Shown here: one piece after another, positions 34,041 to 44,968 of the stretch
How the letters are laid out: each line of letters opens with the position of its first letter
Position numbering within the stretch: position 1 is the stretch's first letter
Origin: Dudresnaya verticillata
Lineage: Eukaryota
Assembly (NCBI GenBank): GCA_977862235.1
Contig: OZ374566.1
Span: 868,001-932,000, forward strand
Direction: 5' to 3'
DNA: 64,000 nt
Made by a program: the position numbers and the translations under genes
Notes under the pieces: generated by a model
Told to the model about the DNA's origin: nothing
Database searches by the model: none
The model's input: only the letters and a program-made list of their open reading frames with translations

Positions 34041-35123
34041 TCACGGCATAATTTCCGTGATCCAGCTAGTTTTTTCGCCACCGCGAAGCGGTACGATCGG
34101 ATCCATTCCGGGAACAGGAATCTTCGAGGGGACTTGAGACGACTGTTTTCGGAGAATGATATTTCCTTCATTAGGAGCCAGACCATAGAATCTTGCCCCG
34201 TTCAAACTTACGAAGGCTTCCAGATTGTCTAAGGCACGAGCCTCTTCGAAGGCCTCAGCATACAGTTCGATAGCACAGAATCCGGTAAATATTCCAGCAC
34301 AGCCTTCCGCGCAGATCTTTGAGCCTTCCACGTGGGGTGCGGAATCAGTGCCAGCGAAGAACTTTCCGTCTTTGTTCCCTGCAATCGCTTCGAGAAGAGC
34401 CTGGCGATGAGTCTCCCGCTTGAGCACCGGAAGACAAAACATGTGGGGGTGGATCTTGGCTCCCGCAAAAAGCGCTTGACGCGAGTGAAGCAAGTGGTGC
34501 GCAGTAATGGTTGCTGCTAATCTGGAACCAGGTGTATTCTGAACAACCTCCACAGCTTCTGCTGTGGTGACGTGCTCAAGCACAATCTTCAACTTTGGAT
34601 AACTGTCGAGAACATTTGGCAAAATACATTTGACAAACTCAGCCTCTTTGTCGAAAATATCAATGCCAGGAGCAGTTGTCTCACCATGAATGCATAATAC
34701 CATTCCAAGCTCCTCCATTGTCTTCAAAGGCGTAATCACATTCTCCATGGCTGTGACACCAAAGGCAGAGTTTGTGGTTGCACCAGCAGGATAGAGCTTA
34801 CAAGCCTTGACAAAACCTGACGCATGGGCTCTGCGGATTTCCTCCTCAGTGGTTTCATCCGTTAAGTACAATGTCATCATTGGAGTGAAGTCGACACCAT
34901 CTGGCAGAGCTGCGAGAATTCGTTCCCTGTATGCAGCAGCATCCGACACGTTTCGAACCGGTGGCTTTAGATTAGGCATGACGATGGCTCTGGCAAACTG
35001 ACGGGCGGTAAGCGGTGCAACAACCTTGAGCATTTCACCATCACGGAAGTGTACATGGAAATCATCTGGCTTGCGGATCATCAAAACCGTTTGATCCGGA
35101 ACTTTGTCTGCTTGAATGGTCAT
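34041..35123 (-). CDS. pyrC: Dihydroorotase (homodimeric, E. coli PyrC type)
   Basis: PDDFHVHFRDG, VMPNLKPP, KLYPAGATTNS, LEHVTT, FCLPVLK, GTDSAPH. First ATG at 35123. Confidence 0.97.
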   Translation of the reverse strand: MTIQADKVPDQTVLMIRKPDDFHVHFRDGEMLKVVAPLTARQFARAIVMPNLKPPVRNVSDAAAYRERILAALPDGVDFTPMMTLYLTDETTEEEIRRAHASGFVKACKLYPAGATTNSAFGVTAMENVITPLKTMEELGMVLCIHGETTAPGIDIFDKEAEFVKCILPNVLDSYPKLKIVLEHVTTAEAVEVVQNTPGSRLAATITAHHLLHSRQALFAGAKIHPHMFCLPVLKRETHRQALLEAIAGNKDGKFFAGTDSAPHVEGSKICAEGCAGIFTGFCAIELYAEAFEEARALDNLEAFVSLNGARFYGLAPNEGNIILRKQSSQVPSKIPVPGMDPIVPLRGGEKTSWITEIMP

Positions 35124-35652
35124 GGTTGTACAGCAAATGGAAACCTTTCTCTCGTGCTCGGCAGCGCTTGGATGGTAGACTGGGAACCCAGGTCGATCGG
35201 CTCCCTGCTTGCCACCAGTCCGTCGGGGCAAAGTCTTGTTTCGGACCGTGTACTATCGAGAAGGGGGAGCGAGACCCTGCGCCGGGGTGAAACCCCATTC
35301 TGGCTCAGGCCGTCATGAGAGGGATCAAAAAGTCAGAGGCCGTTTTTCCGAAATATTTATGGCTATTATAATCAACACATGCAGCTCCGCAACCTCGCAG
35401 CACCGTACAGTAGCGTGCCGGCCTCTTCGAGAGATCACACCAACTGCTGGTGCGAGGCTTCCTGACATCGCTGCACGTTCTTATCCACAGTTTTGTGGTA
35501 TAACAGCTAAGGTTGTCTGGAACAGGGCTGCCACTCTGTGACGTTGGAAGCAGCTCATCACTCCCGCCTGCCAGGCCCTATTGAGTCTTTTGTCCATGGC
35601 TTTCGTTCACGAGTTGAACTTTCGGAAGAGAGCAACAAACGGTACTTGAACG

Positions 35653-37386
35653 ATGGCCTTTGCTTTCGCAAGCCGCTTCATCACCGGGTTCGTTATCAAG
35701 CGCAACTCACACTGCTACCCAGGAATTGCTCGTCGCTCTGTTAGAGGTGTTCCATTTCCATCTACACGCCAAAAAACCTGTCTCCATGTCAAACGACACA
35801 CGCCATTTGCCGTTGCGAGCAATGGGAGTACCGAGGGACTGCTTCGAAAGTATGCTGCTTCAATCTCCTCGCAACCGGTTATGCCATTAAGTGACACAAT
35901 ATTCGCTCTCTCTTCAGGAGCTGGTGTGACGGCTGGAGTCGCTATCATTCGTGTGTCTGGGCCGTCAACCACTTTCTGTCTCAAGAAACTCTTACGACAA
36001 GGTGTCACGTCATCCGGTCTCCCTCGTCCACGATATGCAACTCTCCGGAAACTTTATGACCCGACTACTGGTGAATTACTCGACGAAGCCGTGGTATTGT
36101 ACTTTCCCGGCCCAGGGAGCTTCACAGGCGAAGATGTTGTGGAGTTCCATGTTCACGGTTCGCGAGCTGTCATTGCTGGTGTTATTGACGCTTTAGCATC
36201 CCTGGAAGGATTCAAGGAGAGGCCCTCTACAATACGGCCTGCGGAGCGAGGCGAATTTACAAGGCGAGCATTTGAGCATGGAAGAATGGACTTGACCGGC
36301 GTGGAGGGATTAGCAGATCTCATATCTGCAGAGACTGCAATGCAGCGAAAACAAGCGCTTAGACAACTTGGCGGAGAAGTACGAGACCTCCTGGAAGGCT
36401 GGAGAGAAGAAATCAAAGGCTGCCTAGCTCATGCGGAAGCCGTCATAGATTTCGGAGACGATGTTGATGAGGAGGCCTTCGAGGCCATCATTCCAAGAAT
36501 TCAAAAGCTGTCGAACGAGATGAGCGCCTATCTAGATGATGGTCACAGGGGGGAAATTGTGCGAGGTGGGGCCCGTGTAGCCATTGTTGGCGAACCAAAC
36601 GCCGGAAAGAGCACGCTGCTTAATGCATTAGCGCGCAGGCCGGCTGCAATTGTCTCTCCTCTAGCCGGTACAACTCGGGACATCGTCGAAGTCCAGCTGG
36701 ACCTGAACGGAATGGCCGTTATAGTTAGTGACACAGCCGGGCTGCGAGAAAAGACTGAAGATCCTATCGAGCTTGAGGGGATGCGACGTGCTCGAGACGC
36801 GGCATCGAATGCAGATGTCACAATTCTAGTTCATGACGCCTCTCAAGGAAGACTTGAGGAAGCTATCAAATCCCTCCCATCTCGACTTCGTGAGGAGCAG
36901 TCACACGATGGAGGTGCACATGCAGCTTGCTCGGCACTGCTTTGCGTTGCGAATAAGATGGACTTGGTTCCAGATGTCAAGATTGCTGACAATGTTGATA
37001 CTATTCCCATATGCAGGGCTTCTCTGGCTCAAGACATGGGGATATCCGAAGTTACATCTCGTTTAGAAGAAATGCTACGAATCCTGCTGGAGTCGGGGAG
37101 CCATGACGGTACCACAAGGCCAGTTCATGGAGCAGCCGATGAGAAGCGCGGAAGCATCCCTGTAATAACGAGGGCGAGACATCGATACCATATGAACAAT
37201 GCAGTTTCTGCCCTCAGCGTATTCATAGCTGGGCGAACAGGCGAAGATCGGGATCTGTTTCTTCCAATGGATCTTGCAGCCGAGGATCTGCGGATTGCTG
37301 GAAAAGAACTAGGGGCCATAACTGGAATTATTCACGTCGAAGAAGTCTTAGATGTTATCTTCAGCGAATTCTGTATCGGGAAATGA
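35653..37386 (+). CDS. mnmE: tRNA modification GTPase MnmE/TrmE/GTPBP3, organellar
   Basis: DTIFALSSG, SFTGEDVVEFHVHG, GEFTRRAF, GEPNAGKSTL, GTTRD, DTAG, NKMD and C-terminal FSEFCIGK. Confidence 0.97.
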   Translation: MAFAFASRFITGFVIKRNSHCYPGIARRSVRGVPFPSTRQKTCLHVKRHTPFAVASNGSTEGLLRKYAASISSQPVMPLSDTIFALSSGAGVTAGVAIIRVSGPSTTFCLKKLLRQGVTSSGLPRPRYATLRKLYDPTTGELLDEAVVLYFPGPGSFTGEDVVEFHVHGSRAVIAGVIDALASLEGFKERPSTIRPAERGEFTRRAFEHGRMDLTGVEGLADLISAETAMQRKQALRQLGGEVRDLLEGWREEIKGCLAHAEAVIDFGDDVDEEAFEAIIPRIQKLSNEMSAYLDDGHRGEIVRGGARVAIVGEPNAGKSTLLNALARRPAAIVSPLAGTTRDIVEVQLDLNGMAVIVSDTAGLREKTEDPIELEGMRRARDAASNADVTILVHDASQGRLEEAIKSLPSRLREEQSHDGGAHAACSALLCVANKMDLVPDVKIADNVDTIPICRASLAQDMGISEVTSRLEEMLRILLESGSHDGTTRPVHGAADEKRGSIPVITRARHRYHMNNAVSALSVFIAGRTGEDRDLFLPMDLAAEDLRIAGKELGAITGIIHVEEVLDVIFSEFCIGK

Positions 37387-37509
37387 TACTGTGGTATGGT
37401 GCCATGAATCCGATAGTGCCAGAACTAGTGCAAGGGAGAGGTTCTGAGACGTTGTTCTCGGAAATTCTTTTCATCAATGTTGCGACGATATTGATGGTGA
37501 GGCATGAAG

Positions 37510-38100
37510 CTAATTGTCGGCAGCATGGTTGACAGACTTCCGTACAATAAAGCAGTCCGTTGGGGTAATACGCTTGTAATAACCCATGAGTTTGTCCGTG
37601 ACTTCAAAGCCATATCCCTTGTAAAATCGAAGGGCGTCTTCGTTTCCTTCCTGGACGTGTAAGTACACGTCGACGACGTCTGAACAAATCGGAGAGGTCT
37701 GCACGAGGTCAAGGACGTGCGATATGAGCTGACGTCCTATGCCTCGCTCGCGATACGGGGCCAGAACACCAAGTGTCATAATATACAAACTTGCCTTTTG
37801 GGCATTGGCGGGGTCCTCCGTCTCCATAGCGGATCCGTTCCGAGCACGCTTCTCGACATACTTTTCCTTGCGACAGCACACCGCGCCAACGAGCAATTCG
37901 TTATAGTACGCTAGCCTCACAAAGCCTTCGGGCGCTTTGATTGCCTCCGAGTAGAAGAGAGCGTTGTACTTGACTGGGAAAATAGCAGAGTTCAGTCGCT
38001 GCAGCTGCTTGACATTTTTCTCTGTGAGATCACCGCACACGATAGGCAAGGAGGTATGTTCAGGACGGTTGCCCTCTTCAGCCGAAGCCATGTCCGGCAT
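37510..38100 (-). CDS. NAA50: N-alpha-acetyltransferase 50 (NatE catalytic subunit)
   Basis: QLQRLNSAIFPVKY, VGAVCCR, LYIMTLGVLAPYRERGIG, YLHVQ, YYKRI. First ATG at 38100. Confidence 0.95.
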   Translation of the reverse strand: MPDMASAEEGNRPEHTSLPIVCGDLTEKNVKQLQRLNSAIFPVKYNALFYSEAIKAPEGFVRLAYYNELLVGAVCCRKEKYVEKRARNGSAMETEDPANAQKASLYIMTLGVLAPYRERGIGRQLISHVLDLVQTSPICSDVVDVYLHVQEGNEDALRFYKGYGFEVTDKLMGYYKRITPTDCFIVRKSVNHAADN

Positions 38101-41100
38101 TTTAGGATACCGGAACAAGCACAACAAGAATGAGCTAGGCACGGGTCGTGGAACTGGTAAGTGTGATACCTTCTCCTTGAACAAATCGGGGCTTAGTAAC
38201 TCTCAATGAGGCACGAACGGCACGCTCCTTTTGCAAGGTCTCTTCTAAATGCCAGAATACTCAGCAGTTCTGTGCCCAAATTTGCAACAGCCAACTGTAG
38301 CTTACCAAAGCAGTATTCCCAAGCGAGAGGATGACGCTCGGGAATCTCGGCAGCTTCCAGATGGCTCTGTCCACGAAGATCTAATAGATTCCTCGCCGCA
38401 GGCCTCGGCTCGAGCACGGCAACACTAATTTACTGTAACATGTTACTGCAACACACCGCAAGACAATGGCTCTCTGCAAACGCGTCAAATTCATCTCAAC
38501 GAGATCTCGCCATTGATCCTGTTTCTTGCGGCCTAGAGGTTACAGTCCGTGGCAGCTCAAACCATTATCATGCTGTACTGTAATAATAGGGGTGTGCTGG
38601 GCAGCAACAAGCCAAAGATCTGCTTATTTTTCAAATAGTTTCAAAATATTTCCAGACCGTCTGATTTGTATGCTAATCATTCGCTAGTTTTGTCACGTGC
38701 ACCGGTTCGAACCTTATCCGTCGCTAAGATAGCAGGACAGCCAATGGTCACGCAGAATGCTCCTCAAACGATCGCTCTGCCGAATAAAAGCATTGTTCCA
38801 CGTCACAGGTGCTAATCTCAGAAGCTGACACGATGTTGCCCAATTTATGGTTGCATCATGCAAACTTTGCATGGATCCAGGGCAGATATTTTCTGTGCGA
38901 ACATAATGTTCTTGCTCGCGAACCGTGGATGACAATGATTGCGCAAACGACAACGAGAGCTCAGATTTTCAGCTGCCATTGGATGACAGAAGTGCAGCGC
39001 ATTGCATGCAACTGCATAGGAAATGCATCTGCATTTATCTCACGATCTGGAGTCGCTGTGCACGGTTACCACCTTGTTTCTTTTCTCCGCCATCCAATCA
39101 CGCGTCGACATGCTCCGCTTGCATTCCAGTCCTCTCTCGCCAACCCAGGCATGCGTTGTGCCAGAGCGGACCTCCTGTTCACCAAAATGCCTCCACGTCG
39201 CTCCCAGCAAGGAGTTGTGATGGCGTTGGCAAGCTTCACACGCATGACATTCACAAGACCATTTGCCCCTCTATCGCGTAATCGAAGTCAGCACGACCAG
39301 GCATGTGTTGTATTGAGCAATGTCTGCTGGCACTCTCATCACTTCCATACCACGCAGACCTTGTGCACTTAAACAGCAGTCTTGCACACCTCAGCCTTGC
39401 GGGGATCATCGGAAGCCTCCAAGATGTTTGCAGTTGCATAATCTTTGTCACGCTCGGATTGCCGCTGGCACCGGTGCCGCGATCACGCGAACATGTTCGC
39501 GGCGAGGAGTTCCTCGCAGTGAACGACATGCTCGACAGTATCTCTCACACTCGCACGTTCTTCTCCTTGCTGAAACTGCGCGGTCTTGAGTTGAGTTGAG
39601 ACTAGTCTAGGACAAGAGAAAACCAATATCGTGCTGCTCCCAAAATTAGATAGACACGTTTGATTGAAATTGGACTGCCCTCCACCATGGTCATAGCTGC
39701 GCCCCGCGCGCTCCCACACTACCTTCAGTCCCATTCTCAGAGCCAAGCGCTTCTCTAGTGGCCAAGAACTCAACATTGTGTCTGTCTATGGGCGATAAGC
39801 GTGAGATAAAAATAGGCAGTTTTGACACTATTGACTAAAGCGCAGGATGTAAACTTTGCAGAAGGCTTTGCCATTGTGTCGCTGGTTACGGAACAGACAC
39901 AGGAGATGATGAGATGAAACATACAATACACACCAGTGGCGTCAACTTGAACATATGTACAATAACGCTGTCTTGGCATTTCTTAAATTGCATAGAGCAC
40001 ACGGGCATACGCATGCTGGAGAAAAGCCACATCGTTGCGGAAAGCTACCGCACTTTTCCCGGCACAGTTTCATGTCAATTGGTGTTGAGGGCCAAGAGAT
40101 ATAATTTCGGTTTCTACACTATGAACGGGTAGGCGGAACGAGGTGGCGCGCTGTTCAGCACTATTCAGGAGTGAAATGAGCGTCCTTTCCGGTTTCGTTG
40201 GTAGCTTAAACATAGCTTGCTTGTAGCTTGAGAAATGCTGTCCTTGAAAATTGTACCACATTGTCTACGTTTATAGGGTTCATGGAGATGTTTTTGCATT
40301 CGCATTGACTCTTAGTACACAACTAGCGGACCATGCACGAAACTAGACTGCAAAGTTGTCAGGTAAGCCTAAAGCACACCGGCATATCAGATGATTGATC
40401 GCCACTGTAAAGTCTGAGATACACACGTCGTCCACCCTATACAGGTTTCAATACACAACTAGCTGCTTTATACGTGTAACGAGCAAGGTAAAAGTACATC
40501 AACACCTTCTCCCGCGCCACAAGAACCACTAGGCCGGACGTACGAATGCTCAAGCGCCTGCCAGTGCTTGAGGGGTGGTTGCAGGCGTGCTGGTCAAAAG
40601 GAGTTGTCACGCTCGCTGTCCTAGAGATGACGCAGACGGAGTAGCGATGAGAAAACAAGGATCGCCCTGACAATGCCGTGGGTAACTGCATCGAAGGCTG
40701 CCAGGATCGGCTGGGAAAGCACACGTTGTGTCGCAAGTGTCCAACATTACCGGTGATGCGGCACGAGCGATTGCTGTGTCCCCGGTTGGCCGCGAAGGGC
40801 ATCGGGTCATGGACCAGTGCTCCTCAGCTAGGCAGTAAGGCTAAGAGCGGATGGCGGTTTTGACTAGTGCGGACTCACGGGGTTCCAACTTCGTATTTCT
40901 GCACGTAGCACGAACCCCCTCTTCAAATGGGGGTTTGTGGGGCAAGTAATTTCTAATGTAAAGCGGATCACGTCATGCTAGGAGGGGAGCTCCTCCTGCT
41001 TGAGTCGGCAAAAGTTCGTTTAATGCGAGGTGGTTGTCAAAAAAGGGGAGCTGCTGTACTGGCGGCAACCTTTCGATTGTTGGTGACAGTTGGGGAGCAT

Positions 41101-43646
41101 TTTGCTGAGGGTGGGAAGGGTACAGAATCGCACTTGCTCATGCTCATCGGTGATGACGCATGCACTGACGTGGTGCGTGGCAGCATTGCTTTCGACGGCA
41201 GGGCAAAGGAGGAACTGAAGCGCGACGGAGCGATGGGGATGTTGCGGGAGACGCGTACAAAATAGTTTCACTGGTTGACGCAGCAGCAGTCAGGCAAGAA
41301 GCGGAAGTTGACTGTGTGATCTATCTTTATTCACAGTAAGCCCGCAGGCATGTAAGCCAGAAAGTGTGGGGGTAGTGCCGGGTAGTTGCGGAAAATATTT
41401 GGAGTTTTTGCGCGGAGTAAGGAGTACCGGCCAGAAAATCAGCGTGACAGCGACACGTCGGGGCGGAGATGGAGCGGCACGTTGGCTTTCTGGAATCGAT
41501 ACGTGATCCACGGGAGAATGTTTGTGCTTTTCGGGCCAAAGATCACGTGGCAGTGCAAGAGCGCACAGATCACAGGAAAGGGTCCGCCCCCGAAGATGGC
41601 GGGAGAAACAAGATAATTTTGGGATGGCCAAAGGAAATTTGGACGTAGTTTTGGAAGGCTTTATGAAATGGGGAAGCGTGAAACGGCGTGTGACGTGGCA
41701 TGTACGTGATGGGTACAAAACACTTACAAAAGTAATAAGGAAATCGCTTTCTATCTTCAGCGCTTACAGGGTTCGGGTTCGGATGCCGCCGCCAGGTTTG
41801 CATGTGGCAGCAGTACGTGAGGCTTGTCGCGACAGAGCGGTTATCTCAAAAAGTAGAAACTTTTTCGACGACCTGACAGTTTTTAGGTCGACGGCCGGAC
41901 GGCCCTGCCTGGTGCGAGTGGGAACGGCTTTGTCGGCCGACTGTTGCGGACAGTGTCCTCCCTGTGCAGCCCTGCGGACACTCCCATGGTAGGTCCTCTT
42001 TGCGTGAGCATTTCCTAGCACATGCTCACTTCGGGAGTCTGGGGTAGATCACAGAGGCCTCGCATTTGGGCTTTTGATGGTGCAGAAAGCCGCCATGTGT
42101 TTGTCTTGCGGTCTAGAAGGGGAGGTGTGTTTCGAAAGTGCACGAAATTTGAGAGGACTTGTCCTACAGGAAAGGGCGATAGCTTGACATTGGCAAGGTG
42201 GGATGGCGATTACCATAAAATTTTGCAGCGCTGGAGGTCGCCGAGACGGACAGCGAGTGAGATGTGTAGGCGGGGACGAGGTTTGGGGTATTGGTTTGGC
42301 GAGCGAGAGAAGGGGTTGACAAACTTTTTCAGTTTAAAGTTGAATTGCGCGAAAGAGGGCCACAAGGAGCCGACGAAACGCCACCATAGTGACACATCCC
42401 TGAGAGATCGAGGGCTGTGGACCATTGACTGGGAAAAGAAGGGCGGGGGACGTGGAAGGAGGGCCACGACGGCCACGAAAAGCCTTCCCGAGATATTTGT
42501 GAAAAAGTTTTGTGGGCCGTCCATTGGGCGAGCATTTGCGCGCCAAAAGTTTGTGACGGCGGTGGCTGCGGGTTGTGTCAGCGAGGGGCGGCGAAGGCGG
42601 GAAGTGCGAATCGTGTCGCGGCGAAGATTCGGGGTTTGTCCAGAACTGTTGATTGTGCGGCGCAGACGACGACAAGGGTGCGCCGAGGTGGGGGCGGATG
42701 GAGCGTGACGCACTGTGACATGCGGCGGCGGGGCGCCGAGTTGGCGCGTCGGTCCGTTGCCGGACGTGGCGCACAACGGGCGGCGTACATTAAGCGCGGA
42801 GTGCCAGCTCCCTGCAGCGGTGCCGGGCGGCGGGCGCGGCGGCGTGACGAAGGCGCGGCACCGGCGCACGGCCGGCCAAAGCGCGGGAGCTGTGGCGCTC
42901 TCCGGAGCGCGGCGCGCCTGCGAGCGGCGCGGCATGCGTGTCATGCGGAGCGCCAAATTGGCCACGCGTGCGCCATTGCGCGCGCGCGTTCGGTGCGGTG
43001 TTATGCGCAGCCGCGCACGTGTACTGTACTGCTGCGCTGCCAGCGTCGGCGAGGCACCGGCTCCCCCCCATTTGGCGCAACCTGTGGCTCGCTCGACTGT
43101 CGCCTCGGAGGCTTCACCCAATCGCTGCGCGCCTAGTCCTCGAGCCGCCGACGCCGGCGGTCGATTTCCGCAAACGCTGCGACTTTCTGAGCACCGCTGG
43201 TCCTATGCCGCCGCCGCCGCCGCCCTCCGAAGCCCTGGTTGTCACGCTGTGAGCCCATTTCTACCCCCCCACGCACCCCACTGGGCAGGGTTTCTGTCTT
43301 GTCCTCCCCAGGCGCAATCCATTTCCACCACCGCAACACGACACTACTGTGAGAACACTGTACAACACACCTCCCCCCTACACCTTTATTATTGCCGACG
43401 CCGACGCTACCTGCCCCTTTTCAGACGCCCGTGTATCCCAACGCCCCCGTCCTCCTTCTCACCCCGCCCTTCCTCACATATATCTACCCCCGGCCCGGCT
43501 GTAGAGTGTGTCAATATTGCCCTGCTCTTGCAACGCACTTCTCCACTCTCCCGCTTCACCACGCTCCGTCTTCTCAAGGCACTGCCTAGCACCGCACCCC
43601 CACATCCCGACCCCTCGTCAACCACCACAACCCGTTCCACCTCACA

Positions 43647-44579
43647 ATGACCGCCCAGAAAGGTACCCCAGGCGTCTCTCCACTGCACTTGACCGCCGCC
43701 CCAGTCAAGTTCACCCTCATTACTTCTCAACCTGCCTTGGCAGCCGTCTTGGCCGCCAACCTGCAGGCTCAAGTTTCGGTCAATGATGCCATGCCCCCGG
43801 CTCGTTTCGAGGACATGACCGTCTTCCACGCTTTGGAGCCCCCGGCTATTTCTGTCGCGGACTATGTGGCTCGCGTTGCAAAGTACGCTTTCTGTTCCGA
43901 GGCATGCCTTGTTGCGGCTTTCCATTACATTAATCGTACAGTTGCCGCTGAGCCAAAGCTGGCGCTTACCAGCCTGAGCGTCCACCGTCTCTTCATCACC
44001 GCCATTGTTCTGGCATGCAAGTATTTCGATGATGTTTCGTACAACCTCATGTACTATTCCAAGGTTGGTGGCCTGCCTTACAAGGAGCTTGCTAACCTTG
44101 AAATCAATATGCTCCGAATTCTTGATTTCCGTCTAGACATTTCTGCTCCCAGGTTCGCTAAAATCGAGCAGGACATGATGGATCAGCTTGACAGGTCTGA
44201 AGCTGGTCCTGCAGACGCCATTCTTGCGAACCTTGTTGAGAGGGCACGCAGCATTATTGTCAAGGCTGACATTGTCCCTGTTGAGCTCACGAACCCGTCG
44301 GATGACGTGGACTTCGCACAAATCGTTGCAGAGAACGAGCGTGAGCGTCGCATGGTCGTCAAAAAGGCACGTGCGTCTCCGACCACCTCCACATGCACAG
44401 CAGAATCGACCCTGTCTAGGAATTCGTCCATGGCTTCAGTGGCATCGAGTGACATGTCTGTTACGGAGGATGAAATTGACCTTCCGCAGCGGGAAGGGAA
44501 GCCAAGACATCTCTCAGTTTCTCCTGCTACTCCATCGGTAGGGTATGGAAGTCAGCGATCGGTCGCCGTAATGTGCTGA
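43647..44579 (+). CDS. P/U-type (Pho80-like) cyclin
   Basis: PPAISVADYVARVAKYAFCS, SVHRLFITAIVLACKYFDD, YSKVGGL..ELANLE, with a Ser/Thr-rich C-tail. Confidence 0.93.
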   Translation: MTAQKGTPGVSPLHLTAAPVKFTLITSQPALAAVLAANLQAQVSVNDAMPPARFEDMTVFHALEPPAISVADYVARVAKYAFCSEACLVAAFHYINRTVAAEPKLALTSLSVHRLFITAIVLACKYFDDVSYNLMYYSKVGGLPYKELANLEINMLRILDFRLDISAPRFAKIEQDMMDQLDRSEAGPADAILANLVERARSIIVKADIVPVELTNPSDDVDFAQIVAENERERRMVVKKARASPTTSTCTAESTLSRNSSMASVASSDMSVTEDEIDLPQREGKPRHLSVSPATPSVGYGSQRSVAVMC

Positions 44580-44968
44580 CTTAACTCAACGGCTGTTGAG
44601 CATTGTAAGCTCAACGACCACAGAATTGTATCCTATTATGCCTAACCGCCTAACCTTATTTTATAGGAGTAGTCAGGTGCCCATCGTAGACGCCTGCACT
44701 CTGTGCATAGCATTCTCTGCGAGACCAGCAGATATCGAAAGCAGCTCCGAACAGCACTTTATAAACAATAACATTTGCAAAATCCTTACGGCTTCAGCAT
44801 AATACTGCGGATTACATCTTCTTCCGTAGTCCCAAGCAAGTACTCGCAGTACTCGCAGATCAGTTACAATTGCGTCGCCCCGAACATAGAACACGTTTAC
44901 TTCATATGGAACTTCACACAACGCGCACTGATGGACGGGGGAAAAAGTATCGTCAACCTATACAGACC

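Noticed and set aside
38695..38730. GGTTCGAACC resembling a tRNA T-loop
   Set aside because: Flanks do not form a cloverleaf; it is just a 10-bp palindrome.
38400..41300. Possible transposon remnant in the long intergenic region
   Set aside because: No LTR, TIR, TSD or TE protein motif was recognised. A repeat-library search is needed.
42022..43650. 200-310 aa overlapping ORFs upstream of the cyclin
   Set aside because: Arg/Ala/Pro-rich translations in several frames of very GC-rich promoter DNA with few stops; no domain signal.
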